The notes: generated from the sequence alone by a model not told the origin. A stretch of 64,000 nucleotides of DNA from an uncultured Acidobacteriota bacterium (GCA_963713825.1 CAVQNG010000005.1:448001-512000); one strand, 5' to 3'. Counted from the first letter of the stretch, positions 10,391 through 20,454 are shown. Translations and numbers: made by a program.

Positions 10391-10554
10391 GAGGGTCGTT
10401 CGGGTGGTTCGACAGGGGGCGCCGAGTCGAGCGCAGCGCAAGGTCCCAGATAGGGCACAGGAGATGAAGCGCGATGACGAGACGAGGCGGCGGCCCGCCC
10501 GTCATAGTCTGAGTAGCCGCCGCCGTCCGCCTGCGAATCGCCCAGACGAACCTC
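10391..10554 (+). repeat. 164-bp fold-back repeat family A, copy 2
   Basis: Alignable to 70-233; preceded by the same CCCCTACG/GCCCTAAG degenerate 8-mer tract. Confidence 0.9.
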
Positions 10555-10572
10555 CACGAAATGGGTAGCTGA

Positions 10573-11424
10573 TCAGAGGTCTTTGCGATCGTCCTGGAGA
10601 CGCTCGGCAGTGTCTGCAGCCCGTTGGGACCAGAAGCCGGCGATGGAGCCGGAGAGGTCGTGCCAACGGAGATGGCGTTCCTGCCAGGATCCAGCCTCAT
10701 TGGCGAGCCAATCCAGAGTGGACGCGGGATCCTGCCCGAGCAGGGCCTTGAGTGCATAGCGGCGCTCTGCCACGCGTGTTGCCAACTGCAGATCCCGGCC
10801 CGCCCTCACCAGATCGCTGCGCACCAGGAGGATGCCGCTACGGACTGGGCTGAGTAGTGAATCGAGCCATGCCTCTCCACCCTCAGCCGTCGGATCGAGC
10901 AGCGCCGGTGCCTCGCGCAGGTGGAGCGGTAGGATATTCGGCCGGCCGAGCTCGATAGCCTCAGACTGCAGAACCTCCCGGAGTAGCTCGCCCCAGGCCT
11001 GGTAGAACGGCGAGGCGAGCTCCTGCAGCTTCTCCAGGTATACGGGTACCCAGCTTACGATGTGCTCCCAGAGAAATGTCGTGCGGAGGTGTCTCCATCG
11101 GCTGGCAGTCTCAGCATCAGCGGTCTCTTCTTCGAGCTCACAGAGGCGGGCGTACAAAGCCAGCACGAGCGATAGATGGTCGGACTCGGGTGGGGGAGTC
11201 TGCTCGAGAACGCGCCAGAAGCCGGCGATCCGATCGCGGGCTTCGCCCCCCAACATCCCCTCGGGGCCAAGATAGACGGAGGCATACGGGTACAGCTGAA
11301 ACAGGAAGAGGTCGTCGTAATCGACGGGCTCTGGTGGAGTGCCGAGTCGGAGCAGCTCGGCGATGCCGGGCGTCTCGCGCCCCGGAGGCTCGGCCAGAGC
11401 GGCTAGTGATCGAAGCAGCTCCAC
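10573..11424 (-). CDS. TorD/DmsD-family molybdoenzyme maturation chaperone (C-terminally extended)
   Basis: YPYASVYL, ESDHLSL, FLWEHIVSWVP motifs; directly downstream of the Mo enzyme. Confidence 0.88.
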   Translation of the reverse strand: MELLRSLAALAEPPGRETPGIAELLRLGTPPEPVDYDDLFLFQLYPYASVYLGPEGMLGGEARDRIAGFWRVLEQTPPPESDHLSLVLALYARLCELEEETADAETASRWRHLRTTFLWEHIVSWVPVYLEKLQELASPFYQAWGELLREVLQSEAIELGRPNILPLHLREAPALLDPTAEGGEAWLDSLLSPVRSGILLVRSDLVRAGRDLQLATRVAERRYALKALLGQDPASTLDWLANEAGSWQERHLRWHDLSGSIAGFWSQRAADTAERLQDDRKDL

Positions 11425-11469
11425 GACAGGAGTGCCAGGTCGGTGCGGCGGCAGGGCGGCGATTTGCCC

Positions 11470-14379
11470 CTACCGACGGGCCTCTTCCGGCAATAGATAG
11501 GCCTTCTTGACCGGCTTCACAGGCCGGATCAGCCAGCCAGGGCGACGGGTTCCGTCCGGCGAGTAGACCGCCGCCGAACGGGTCTTCTCGAGCCACGCGT
11601 TGAAGACCTCGTGGCTCTTTTCCGTGTCCACCCAGACTTCACCGTAACGGTCACCCATCTTGGCTCTTCGCACCCGGACTGCCTGATGCCAGCAATGCAT
11701 GCCGGAGATAGGGTCTGGGTGCACCGGGAAGGTCATGTTCTGATGGACGCCCGCGTCGGTCCACCAGATTCGACTCGTGTCCGGATCGCTCGAGGCATAG
11801 GGCTCGACGCCACGCTTGCGCTTGAGGGTCCACTCCGAGCCCTTGTGGTCCAGGCTCGCGGTGGTCATCATCTGCCGCTGGCCATGATCGTGGATCTTCC
11901 AGCGCCCCATGTGGTGGCTACAAGCCACGACGCCGGGTTTGATCCCTTCCGTCACCCAGGCCTTGAGCACGAAGTAGCCGATCTCGGTCTCGACCCGAAC
12001 CAGATCTCCGGTCTCCTTGATTCCCAGTCGCTTCGCATCGATGGGATGCAGCCAGAGAGGATTGGTGTGGGCGATCTCGTCCAGCCACTTGGAGTTGGCA
12101 CTTCGGGTGTGGATCTGCACCGGCAGACGGAACGTAGAGATGAGGACCATTTGGTCGTCATCCATGCTCTCCGGGTGGACGTGACTTCTGATGTAGGTCG
12201 GCAGGGCGTATTCCTTCCAGCCCCATTCAGCGATCGTCGTGGAGTAGAACTCCAGAAGCCCGCTAGGTGTGGGAAAGCCTCGCAGGACCTCGCCATCGAT
12301 GCGCACACCGGCCGGCCTTCGTCCTTCGGCGTCGCCATCGGGTGCGCCGATCGGTGCCATGTTCAAGGGTGGCGGAGCCGGAGACCTGGTGAAGACTCGG
12401 CCGAAACGATCCTCCGCGACATCTTCGAGCTCCTCGGAAGGGACCGGGTTCTCGTAGAGCGGTCCGACATCGGAGGCGACTTCGAAGGCACCGTAGCGTC
12501 GCATGAATTCGAGGGGCTTCAAGCCCTCCTTGGCGGCGGCTTCGGGCAGGCCGGGCACCGAATTGTCGAAGATCCAGCCGTAATACTCGTCGACTGTCAG
12601 AGGCTCGCCGGGCTTCTCCTTCGACTCCACGAACGGGCGGATTCCCAGACTGCCGTCAGGATCGATCCGCCAGGACAGATCCAGCCAGAACTCGTTCTCC
12701 TCCCAGACTTCACCGGGATTGCTGTGGCGGGTGTCGCTGATGGTCTCTCCCAGACGCTCTCTGGCAGCGCGCAGCACGGGTTGGCGGAAACCGATCCACT
12801 GGCCGGCGTAGGTCTCGTAGGAGTGGATGTCGTGGCGCTCGGAGGCCAGACCCATCGGCAGGATGTAGTCGGCGAAGTAGGCCGTCTCGTTCCAGGTCGG
12901 TGTCAGGGCGACGTGCAGCCCGACCTTTTCCTCGTCGGTGAGCATCTCGATCCACGAGAAGCCGTCCGGGTTGGTCCACACCGGGTTGTAGACCCGGCTG
13001 AAATAGACGTCGAGGCGTTTCTCCGACCGCTTGACCAGATGAGGCAACAGAAACGACAACTCGTTCATGGCCAGCGGGAACTCGATCGGCCAGGTCAGCT
13101 CGTTCCAATGCTCGGGATGACGTGGCAGGTGAATGGGTCTCGGGACGAATTTGTTCCAAGCGTTGGGATAGAGCCCTCCCGGAGTCGCCACCGCTCCCAT
13201 CAGGGCGTTGAGCATGAAGAGAGTACGCGATACCTGCCAACCACCTTCGTTGGCTGCTGCGGCGCTTCGCCAGTTGTGGGTCGAGAGGCGTGTGCCAGCG
13301 GTGGAGACGATCTCGGCCACCTGACGCAGAACCTCTGCCTCGATCCCCGACTCCTGCTCGGCGAACTCGAACGTGTAGCTCTCGTACTCTGCCTGCAACA
13401 GGCGCTCGAAGCTCTCGAAGGTCGGCTCGATGCCCGGATGCTCTTGGTCGAGATACTCCTGCCAGTTCCACCAGCGACGCACGTAGTCGCGGTTGTAGAG
13501 CTTCTTCTGGATCAGGTAGTTGGCGATCGCCAGGTGGATGGCAGCCTCGGAACCGGGCTGCGGTGCCAGCCAGAAGTCGGCATGCGTCGCGGTATTGGAG
13601 AGCCGCGTATCGAGCACGATCAGCTTGGCGCCCTGCTGTTTGGCTTCGATGATGCGCTGGGCATGCGGATTGAAGTAGTGGCCGGTCTCGAGATGGGCGC
13701 TGACCAAGAAGATGACTTTGGCTCGGGCGTGATCCGGGCTGGGCCGGTCGATTCCGGTCCAAAACTGGTAACCGGCTCGAGCGCCCGACGAACAGACGTT
13801 GGTATGGGAGTTGTGGGCGTCGCAGCCCCAGGCAGCCATCAACCGCTCTGTGAAGCCATCTTCACCGGGCCGGCCGACGTGGTACATGATCTCTTCCTGC
13901 CGCCCCTCTTGAATCGCTTTGCGAATGCGTCCCGCCACGTCGTTGAGAGCTTCCTCCCAGCCGACCCTCTCCCACTTGCCCGCACCCCTTTCGCCGACTC
14001 TCTTGAGCGGATGGAGGATGCGGTCGGGATCGGTCACCTGATTGAGTGTCGCCGGTCCCTTGGCACAGTTGCGGCCGCGCGAGCCGGGGTGCTCCGGGTT
14101 GCCCTCGAACTTGGCGATGTCGAGCGTGTTCTTGTCGATGTAGGCCAGCAGGCCGCAAGCCGACTCGCAGTTGAAGCACGTCGTGGGCACCAGCATGAAG
14201 CGTTTCTCGACGCGCTTCGGCCAGGCCTTCGAGTCGAGCTCTACCCAGTCGTCCCAGCGCTCCTTCGGAGGAAAGGAGGCCAGATGGATGCGGCTGGCTC
14301 CCGGGTAGAAGGTCTCGCCTCGCGCTTCCGTTTCCGCGCGAGCGGCGCTGACTCTCTCATTGAGGTCTTTGAGGCTCAT
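11470..14379 (-). CDS. Molybdopterin (bis-PGD) oxidoreductase catalytic subunit, Psr/Ttr/Soe-like, no Tat signal
   Basis: CFNCESAC..NCAKG FS0 cluster, HTNVCSS putative Mo-ligand Cys, HTRSAN, LWLHPIDA C-terminal domain. Confidence 0.9.
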   Translation of the reverse strand: MSLKDLNERVSAARAETEARGETFYPGASRIHLASFPPKERWDDWVELDSKAWPKRVEKRFMLVPTTCFNCESACGLLAYIDKNTLDIAKFEGNPEHPGSRGRNCAKGPATLNQVTDPDRILHPLKRVGERGAGKWERVGWEEALNDVAGRIRKAIQEGRQEEIMYHVGRPGEDGFTERLMAAWGCDAHNSHTNVCSSGARAGYQFWTGIDRPSPDHARAKVIFLVSAHLETGHYFNPHAQRIIEAKQQGAKLIVLDTRLSNTATHADFWLAPQPGSEAAIHLAIANYLIQKKLYNRDYVRRWWNWQEYLDQEHPGIEPTFESFERLLQAEYESYTFEFAEQESGIEAEVLRQVAEIVSTAGTRLSTHNWRSAAAANEGGWQVSRTLFMLNALMGAVATPGGLYPNAWNKFVPRPIHLPRHPEHWNELTWPIEFPLAMNELSFLLPHLVKRSEKRLDVYFSRVYNPVWTNPDGFSWIEMLTDEEKVGLHVALTPTWNETAYFADYILPMGLASERHDIHSYETYAGQWIGFRQPVLRAARERLGETISDTRHSNPGEVWEENEFWLDLSWRIDPDGSLGIRPFVESKEKPGEPLTVDEYYGWIFDNSVPGLPEAAAKEGLKPLEFMRRYGAFEVASDVGPLYENPVPSEELEDVAEDRFGRVFTRSPAPPPLNMAPIGAPDGDAEGRRPAGVRIDGEVLRGFPTPSGLLEFYSTTIAEWGWKEYALPTYIRSHVHPESMDDDQMVLISTFRLPVQIHTRSANSKWLDEIAHTNPLWLHPIDAKRLGIKETGDLVRVETEIGYFVLKAWVTEGIKPGVVACSHHMGRWKIHDHGQRQMMTTASLDHKGSEWTLKRKRGVEPYASSDPDTSRIWWTDAGVHQNMTFPVHPDPISGMHCWHQAVRVRRAKMGDRYGEVWVDTEKSHEVFNAWLEKTRSAAVYSPDGTRRPGWLIRPVKPVKKAYLLPEEARR

Positions 14380-14400
14380 CGCGTAGCTCCTTGTGCTCCC

Positions 14401-15942
14401 TTAAGCGAGGGGTACGGCTTGACCGGCCTGGACGTAGGCGTGCTCGAAGGCGAGCAGGCCGATGAGGGCGAACGGTACGGCGATCGGAGCACCGATCAAG
14501 GGTGCTGCGACGGCCACCGCCGCCAAAGCCAGTCCGGTCCAGAAGTAGAGTTTGAAGCGGCCGCCGGTCATCTCGTGGGTTGCCGCTTTGGCGTGGGCTG
14601 TAGCGTGCGTCAGCGTGATCTCACCCAGGATCATCAGGACGTGGATGAAGCTGGCGGTCGCCAGGCCCCAGAGCAGGGGAGTTACGGCTCGCGGCTCCCA
14701 AAGCAGTGCGAAGGGCAGCAACACGGCCGACCCCGCCAAGAGGGTCTGCACCAGGAGGTGCGGCGGCAACAGGGGACTCTGCCATAGGTCGCGCGCCTTG
14801 GCCTGGGCAAACAGATAGGCGGTATAGACGGCGGTCATGGTGGCCAGCGGGATGCCCGGCCAGAGCAGCATCTGGTGCCAGTCGCCCTTGGCGAGCAGGC
14901 TGGCCAGGAAATGCAGCCCCAGAATGGCCGAGTAGCCTCCGATGATGTAGGACCCCCGCACCAGCCAGCTGCGCCAGTGTGATTTCGTGAAGATCATGTA
15001 GAAGCGGGTGGGATGGTCGAGGTCCCAGATCAGCAGAACGCCGGTCAGACCCAGGAAGGCTCCCGCCACGACGGGGGCGGTCCACTGCCAGAGGCTGCTG
15101 CTCGCATCGATCATTCCGAACAGCACCAGCAGCGCCGCCACCAGGTAGGCACCGGCGGCGATCCCCTTGGTCAGCGTGTAGAGGCTCACCCGCCAGTCCC
15201 AGGGTGCCTTGTGAGGCACGTCGTAGGCCAGCACGGCAGCAGCGGAGGAGTTGCTGGCGTCCGGGCTTCCCGATACGACACTCTGTCCGCCCTGCTTCTG
15301 CTGGCTCCAGATGAAGATGCCGCCGGGCGGTCTCTGGGCAGCCAGGGGATCGAGAGTGGCCTGATGGGCGCCCCGGTAGTAGAGCTTCGGATGCGTCTCC
15401 TTCTCGGGCCGCCGCACGGCTACAGGCTGTCGATTGACCATCTGGGCGACCCGGGTGTTGGGGTCGTTCATGTCGCCTATCATGATGGCCTCGGTGGGGC
15501 AGACGACCACGCAGGCCGGTTCCAGCCCGACATCGAGGCGGTGAGCGCAGAAGTTGCACTTCTCCGCTGAATGATCTTCTGGGTTGATGAAGATGGCGTC
15601 GTAAGGGCACGAGGCGATGCAGGCCTTGCATCCGATGCAAATTGACTTGTCGAAGTCGACGATGCCGTCCGCTCGCTGGTGCATGGCCTGGGTGGGGCAG
15701 GCGGCGACGCAGGGCGGGTCTTCACACTGATTGCAGCGGGTCACCTGATAGGCGCGGCGGGCCGCCGGGAACTTGCCGACATCGACATACTTGACGTAGG
15801 TTCGCGTCACCGACAGCGGGACGTCGTTCTCTGATTTGCAGGCCGTGGTGCAAGCATGGCAACCGATGCAACTGGCATGATCGACTACCTTGCCCCACTT
15901 GAGCGGGTCGGTGCGGGTTTGAGCTGGTAGCGGCTCGGCCAT
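14401..15942 (-). CDS. Fused 4x[4Fe-4S] subunit and NrfD/PsrC membrane anchor
   Basis: CIGCHACTTAC, CNQCEDPPCVAACP, CIGCKACIASCP, KCNFC motifs, then DLDHPTRF..SWLVRG NrfD helices; start set at the GGAG-preceded ATG. Confidence 0.9.
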   Translation of the reverse strand: MAEPLPAQTRTDPLKWGKVVDHASCIGCHACTTACKSENDVPLSVTRTYVKYVDVGKFPAARRAYQVTRCNQCEDPPCVAACPTQAMHQRADGIVDFDKSICIGCKACIASCPYDAIFINPEDHSAEKCNFCAHRLDVGLEPACVVVCPTEAIMIGDMNDPNTRVAQMVNRQPVAVRRPEKETHPKLYYRGAHQATLDPLAAQRPPGGIFIWSQQKQGGQSVVSGSPDASNSSAAAVLAYDVPHKAPWDWRVSLYTLTKGIAAGAYLVAALLVLFGMIDASSSLWQWTAPVVAGAFLGLTGVLLIWDLDHPTRFYMIFTKSHWRSWLVRGSYIIGGYSAILGLHFLASLLAKGDWHQMLLWPGIPLATMTAVYTAYLFAQAKARDLWQSPLLPPHLLVQTLLAGSAVLLPFALLWEPRAVTPLLWGLATASFIHVLMILGEITLTHATAHAKAATHEMTGGRFKLYFWTGLALAAVAVAAPLIGAPIAVPFALIGLLAFEHAYVQAGQAVPLA

Positions 15943-16068
15943 CGATACTCCCTCCCGTATGTCGGGCCCCATGTTAAGAGATGGGAGGACCGACCGCAAT
16001 CCTCATTTCGAGCCCTTTGACAGGACCCGCTCGTTGCAGCAAACTGGTCGCTCGGAGGGGCGAAGAGA

Positions 16069-17139
16069 ATGACAGCGGAGAGTCGGCAGGAATCCACGGC
16101 ATCTGATGGTGAGACGGCGACCAGCAGGGGTTGGCTGGACCCTGGCAGCCTTTCCACGAGCGAAGGCACGACTGCCCTGGTGCACCTCTATCGAGGCGAG
16201 GTGACTCGATCCAATACTTGGCGCACTCGACTCGACGCGACAACCAACTGGGCCGTGGTGACCACGGGCATCGCGCTGTCCTATGCCTTCGGCGCCGCCG
16301 ACAACACTCCGGTGGTCATCCTCATCGTCAGCCTCCTGGTGCTGCTGTTTCTTTTCATCGAGGCTCGTCGGTATCGCTACTACGAGCTTTGGACCCATCG
16401 AGTTCGTCTCATGGAGATGAACTTTTACTCCGGCCTACTATCGGCCAACTTCAAGCCGGAAGTAGGGTGGGCACAGGAAATCGTCGACACCCTGCAGCAC
16501 CCATCCTTCCCTATCGGGCTGCTGGAAGCTCTGGGTCGGCGCTACCGACGCAACTATGCCCTGCTGTTCTTCATCCTTACCTTGAGCTGGCTTGCCAAGA
16601 TCGTCATTCATCCGACGTCGGTCGAGAGCTGGAGTCAGTTTCTCGAGCGTGCCTCGGTGGGTCCCGTCCCAGGCTGGGTAGTCCTGATCGGTGGGGTCCT
16701 CTTCAATGGTGGGCTGCTAGCGTTAGGCCTCTTTACTGTAGGCCTGCGTCGTACCGATGCCGAGGTCTTCGACCGCACGCCGCGCTTCTATCGCAGGCTT
16801 TGGGCCAGGATACGAGCCGCGACGCGAGAGTCCCTGGAAATCGACCTGGGGTCCTTCAAGCCCCATCTCGGGGGTGGCCGCAAGCTCGTCTTCGTCATCT
16901 CGGACGAGGTCGAGGCGGTGAGCAGGCCGCTGATGAATGAGCTCGACCGAGGAGTGACCCTCATCAAGGGACAAGGCATGTACAGCGGCAGGGAGCACGG
17001 CATCCTGATGTGCGTGGTGCGGAGCCGCCAGGTGGAGCCACTGAAGGAGATCGTGCACCAGGCCGACCCGAACGCCTTCGTGGTCATCAGTGCGGCCCAG
17101 GATGTCCGCGGCGAGGGCTTTCGCCCGCTGGAAGCCTAG
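16069..17139 (+). CDS. DUF2270 membrane domain fused to DUF2179/YitT-type C-terminal domain
   Basis: HLYRGEVTRSNTWRTRLDATTNWAV (DUF2270); RGVTLIKGQGMYSG..DPNAFVVI..VRGEGF (DUF2179). Confidence 0.8.
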   Translation: MTAESRQESTASDGETATSRGWLDPGSLSTSEGTTALVHLYRGEVTRSNTWRTRLDATTNWAVVTTGIALSYAFGAADNTPVVILIVSLLVLLFLFIEARRYRYYELWTHRVRLMEMNFYSGLLSANFKPEVGWAQEIVDTLQHPSFPIGLLEALGRRYRRNYALLFFILTLSWLAKIVIHPTSVESWSQFLERASVGPVPGWVVLIGGVLFNGGLLALGLFTVGLRRTDAEVFDRTPRFYRRLWARIRAATRESLEIDLGSFKPHLGGGRKLVFVISDEVEAVSRPLMNELDRGVTLIKGQGMYSGREHGILMCVVRSRQVEPLKEIVHQADPNAFVVISAAQDVRGEGFRPLEA

Positions 17140-17256
17140 GGAGGTTGAGGTGCTCGGCGACTTCGCCGATCGGTCCTTGAGGGCTTGGGGTTGAGGCAGT
17201 CGGTCGTGCCATCCGGCTGTTCTTCTGGGTCCTGGGCAAAAGACCGAAAACTTGTT

Positions 17257-17420
17257 GAGGTCCGTCCGGGTGGTTCGCAGGGGGACGGCGACGGCTACTC
17301 AGACTGTGACGGATGGGCCGCCACCTTGTCTCGTCATCGCGCCTCATCTGTCTTGCCCTTCGATGGACCTTGCGCTGCACTCGACTCGGCACCCCCTATC
17401 GGACCACCCGAACGGGCCTC
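17257..17420 (-). repeat. 164-bp fold-back repeat family A, copy 3
   Basis: Reverse-complement match to 70-233. Confidence 0.88.
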
Positions 17421-17471
17421 CAATCATCAGCGATCAAGTGTTCTCGGGCGAGATCAGGTGTGGCGCGAAAG

Positions 17472-17502
17472 AAAAACGGCCGACCCGAGGGTCGGCCGTT
17501 TT
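17472..17502. terminator. Bidirectional intrinsic terminator
   Basis: AAAACGGCCGACCC/GGGTCGGCCGTTTT inverted repeat between convergent genes. Confidence 0.8.
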
Positions 17503-17522
17503 GGAACGTCGAGGGCCTTGCA

Positions 17523-18791
17523 CTAGAAGCCCCAGGAGTAGCTGATCTCGATGTCCCACTGACTCATGGCCAGGGTGATGTCCTGCAGGCCAGGAACCTC
17601 GAGCATATTGGGTCCGGTGACCTCGACCTCGGGGGCGTACATCAGCGAGAAATTGAGACCGCTGCTGTCGCCGAAAGCCCTGGTGAAGCCGAAGGTGAAG
17701 TGGTCTTCCATGACGCCGGGGGCGAGGATGTTGAACAGCACCTCGCTCTCCGGGATCGGCTGGTCGGTGAACGAATAGCCGAAGCGCCACGCCCAGGCGT
17801 TCTCGGGGTCGTATTGCAGACCGAACTTCCAGACGGACATATCCTGCCAGCCGAAGCCGGCGCCGCCGTCGTCTCCCAGCCGTGCCGTCTGCAGGTTGGG
17901 CAGCAGTGGGTTGCTGATCGACTTGATGTTGCTGTAGTAGATGTCCTGATAGTCGACGAGCAGGCTCATGGCCGGCGTTGCGTGGATGGCGATGCCAGCG
18001 GTCAGGCTAGCCGGGATGTTGAACCCGCCCCGCTCGGCGAACAGGCCCGCATAGTCGGTGAACTCGTCCATGCTCATCTCGGTCTCGTAGGAGATACCGA
18101 ACGAGAACCGGTCGGTGAACCGCCCCAGGTAGCCTACCTTGGCGCCGTAGCCGGTGGAGGTGGACTTGCCGTTGTCTGAGAGCTTGGTGGGATCGGAGGA
18201 GAAAGGCGCGAAACTGCCGACGCCCTGGGCCTCGAAGGTCTGGTAGACAAAGATCGGCATGATGCCGATGGAGTGTTTGTCCGCGAACTCGACAGCCCAG
18301 GGAATGCCTACGAAGAGCTGCTCGAGATTCACGCCAGTGGGCTGGCCGGCATAGAAGGTCGCAGCAGGGTAGTCGGTGTTCATTCCACCATGACCATAGA
18401 GGTTGACGCCCAGGGTCATGTTGTCACCGATTCGCCAGCTGCCGCCGAAGTAGGGGATGTAGAAGTAGTTGGAATCGCTCTCCACCTTTCCGGGTGTCAA
18501 GCCAAAGGTGCCGGGGAAACCAGAGGGGTTGCCCGTTACCGTGTAAGACCGGTCGGGGCTGAAGACCCCGATTCCGGCATCGTAGCGCTTGCCCACGACC
18601 ACCATTCCAGCCGGGTTGGTCGCCGCTGCCATGGTGTCCTGAGGCATGGCCACGCCGGCGCCCGCAAGCGCTTTGGCGATGGTGCCGTAACCATGAGCGA
18701 AGTAGCCGTTGGTGGCCTGAGCGGGCGAGACCATCGCCAGAGCCAGGAGAACGGCCAATGATCCGAAGAGGATCCTGTGAAACTTGGTCAT
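17523..18791 (-). CDS. OmpP1/FadL-family outer-membrane transporter (copy 1)
   Basis: ATNGYFAHGYG..LAGAGVA..NPAGM hatch motif, GGMNTDY, SYSWGF terminus. Confidence 0.88.
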   Translation of the reverse strand: MTKFHRILFGSLAVLLALAMVSPAQATNGYFAHGYGTIAKALAGAGVAMPQDTMAAATNPAGMVVVGKRYDAGIGVFSPDRSYTVTGNPSGFPGTFGLTPGKVESDSNYFYIPYFGGSWRIGDNMTLGVNLYGHGGMNTDYPAATFYAGQPTGVNLEQLFVGIPWAVEFADKHSIGIMPIFVYQTFEAQGVGSFAPFSSDPTKLSDNGKSTSTGYGAKVGYLGRFTDRFSFGISYETEMSMDEFTDYAGLFAERGGFNIPASLTAGIAIHATPAMSLLVDYQDIYYSNIKSISNPLLPNLQTARLGDDGGAGFGWQDMSVWKFGLQYDPENAWAWRFGYSFTDQPIPESEVLFNILAPGVMEDHFTFGFTRAFGDSSGLNFSLMYAPEVEVTGPNMLEVPGLQDITLAMSQWDIEISYSWGF

Positions 18792-19064
18792 TTGAATCTG
18801 CCTCCCTTGTTATCGGTCTTGCTTGGTACAACCAACAACACGATTCTCGGTACTGCTGATACGCAGCTTCCCAAGTTGGCGCGATCTCATGATGTGGGGT
18901 CGACAAACAAGTGGAAAGCTCAGCCGACAAACAGCCGAGCAATCGATCTGGCTTGGGTATGGTGCCACGCAGGTCCTTTTCGGACCACGGTCAACGGGAT
19001 GGCTCTGTCGCCCCTGCAGGGTGGGATTCGAGCCCTGAAATAGGGTGGTTGGATCGAGCGAGCC

Positions 19065-19078
19065 TACTCTTTTGGGTA
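19065..19078. promoter_or_regulatory. Putative CsoR-family operator upstream of fadL copy 1
   Basis: TACTCTTTTGGGTA, near match to TACCC-N4-GGGTA. Confidence 0.4.
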
Positions 19079-19163
19079 GGTAGCGTGATTGGATTGTCAG
19101 TGGAAACAAAGAGGCCCCTCTCCGTAGAAAGGGGCCTGTACTCGATTCGTGGCTAGCGGACGA

Positions 19164-19463
19164 TCAACCGTAACGATTCAGGAGGCTCAGGACCTCCGAG
19201 ACTTCCTCTCGAACTTCGGGTGTGTCGCAGGCGTGGCCGGCCAGCCGGCGGGAGACAGCACAGGAGATCTGGTCGCTGAAGGCCTTGTTGAGCGCCCCGC
19301 GGGCCGCAGCCAGCTGCTGGGCGATCTTCTCGCAGTCTTCGTCGTCAGAGATCATCTTCTGGATGCCGCGAAGCTGACCCTCGACCCGTGCCAGTCGGGC
19401 CAGTAGGCGCTTCTTGTCCTCGATCGGCACGACCGCTTTCTTGATCGGTGCTACAGAAGCCAT
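19164..19463 (-). CDS. CsoR/RcnR-family repressor, probably persulfide-sensing (CstR-like)
   Basis: RLARVEGQLRGIQKM..DCEKIAQQLAAARGAL; extra Cys and no canonical metal-binding His; sulfurtransferase context. Confidence 0.85.
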   Translation of the reverse strand: MASVAPIKKAVVPIEDKKRLLARLARVEGQLRGIQKMISDDEDCEKIAQQLAAARGALNKAFSDQISCAVSRRLAGHACDTPEVREEVSEVLSLLNRYG

Positions 19464-19495
19464 GGTGTTCCTTCCTGGCGCGCAAAAAGAGAGAA

Positions 19496-20074
19496 TCAAA
19501 TAAAGAGATTCGTTCGGGACCTGAGGGACTCACCCAGGAACGCGGCCACGCCAGCGGGCTCGAGACCGTCCATGAGCTCCTCGTCCGCGATCCCCATCAC
19601 ATCCTTGGACATCTCGCAGGCCAGCATCTTCACACCCATCTCTCTGGCCATTTCGATCATTTCCTCGAGCGAGGAAACGTTGTTGTCCTTCATCATCTGG
19701 CGCAGCATCTTGGCGCCGACACCGAAGTAGTTCATCTTGGAGACGGGCAGTTGCGTGGAATTGCTCGGGCTCATGACCGACATCATCTTCTCGAACAGGC
19801 CCTTGCCAGCCAGGTTGCTGTCCTTCTTGAGAACACTCAAGCCCCAGAAGGTGAAGAACATGCTGACTTCCTGGCCCAGGGCGGCGGCGCCCGTGGCGAT
19901 GACGAAAGCAGCCAGGACGCGGTCCAGGTCGCCGGAGAAGACGATCAGGGCGACCATGTCCTCAGGCTGTGATTCCTCGAGGCTCTGTACACGCTGCTCG
20001 ACGGCGGATAGCCGCTCCAGCAGCTCGTTCACGTCGACTTTGCCGCTTGGGGTCGTGACATCACTTACCGACAT
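19496..20074 (-). CDS. DsrE2-type (DsrE/DsrF/DrsH-like) sulfurtransferase
   Basis: VFSGDLDR, MFFTFWGL, LACEMSKDVMG motifs. Confidence 0.9.
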   Translation of the reverse strand: MSVSDVTTPSGKVDVNELLERLSAVEQRVQSLEESQPEDMVALIVFSGDLDRVLAAFVIATGAAALGQEVSMFFTFWGLSVLKKDSNLAGKGLFEKMMSVMSPSNSTQLPVSKMNYFGVGAKMLRQMMKDNNVSSLEEMIEMAREMGVKMLACEMSKDVMGIADEELMDGLEPAGVAAFLGESLRSRTNLFI

Positions 20075-20086
20075 CGTGGTGCTCCT

Positions 20087-20341
20087 TTAGCTGGTCTTCT
20101 GGATGAAGTGGAGGAAAAGCTCGGTACCGTCTTCTTCGACGGTCTCCTGGCCCAGAAGCTCGACGTTCTTGCCGATCTTGGCCCAGCCCTGAAAGTCCTT
20201 GATGGAGCCGCGGTCTGTGCTGATGATCCTGAGGACCTGTCCCTCAGTCAGCTCGCCGATTTTCTTGCGGGCCTTGACCACGGGCATGGGGCAGTTGAGG
20301 CCTTTGGTGTCGAGAGTCTCGTCGTAGTGGACTTCATTCAT
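20087..20341 (-). CDS. tusA: TusA-family sulfur carrier
   Basis: LDTKGLNCPMP motif, 84 aa. Confidence 0.9.
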   Translation of the reverse strand: MNEVHYDETLDTKGLNCPMPVVKARKKIGELTEGQVLRIISTDRGSIKDFQGWAKIGKNVELLGQETVEEDGTELFLHFIQKTS

Positions 20342-20424
20342 GATTCGCGTCCTCTTCTGCCGCTGATGCGGCTGCCGAATCCAAGGTAGATGTGCTTCCC
20401 TGTAATCACAAGTAAGGTCCGTTG

Positions 20425-20454
20425 AATCTAGGATACCCCTGGTGGTATTGTCAA
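20425..20454 (-). promoter_or_regulatory. Sigma-70 promoter for tusA-dsrE-csoR with CsoR-type operator between -35 and -10
   Basis: Minus strand TTGACA-18 nt-TAGATT; spacer contains ATACCACCAGGGGTAT, a G/C-tract palindrome of the CsoR/CstR type. Confidence 0.75.

Noticed and set aside
11611-14787. 1058-aa plus-strand ORF and similar long antisense ORFs (e.g. 53783-55555, 7477-8754, 1624-2745)
   Set aside because: Shadow frames of well-supported genes in high-GC DNA; no recognisable motifs
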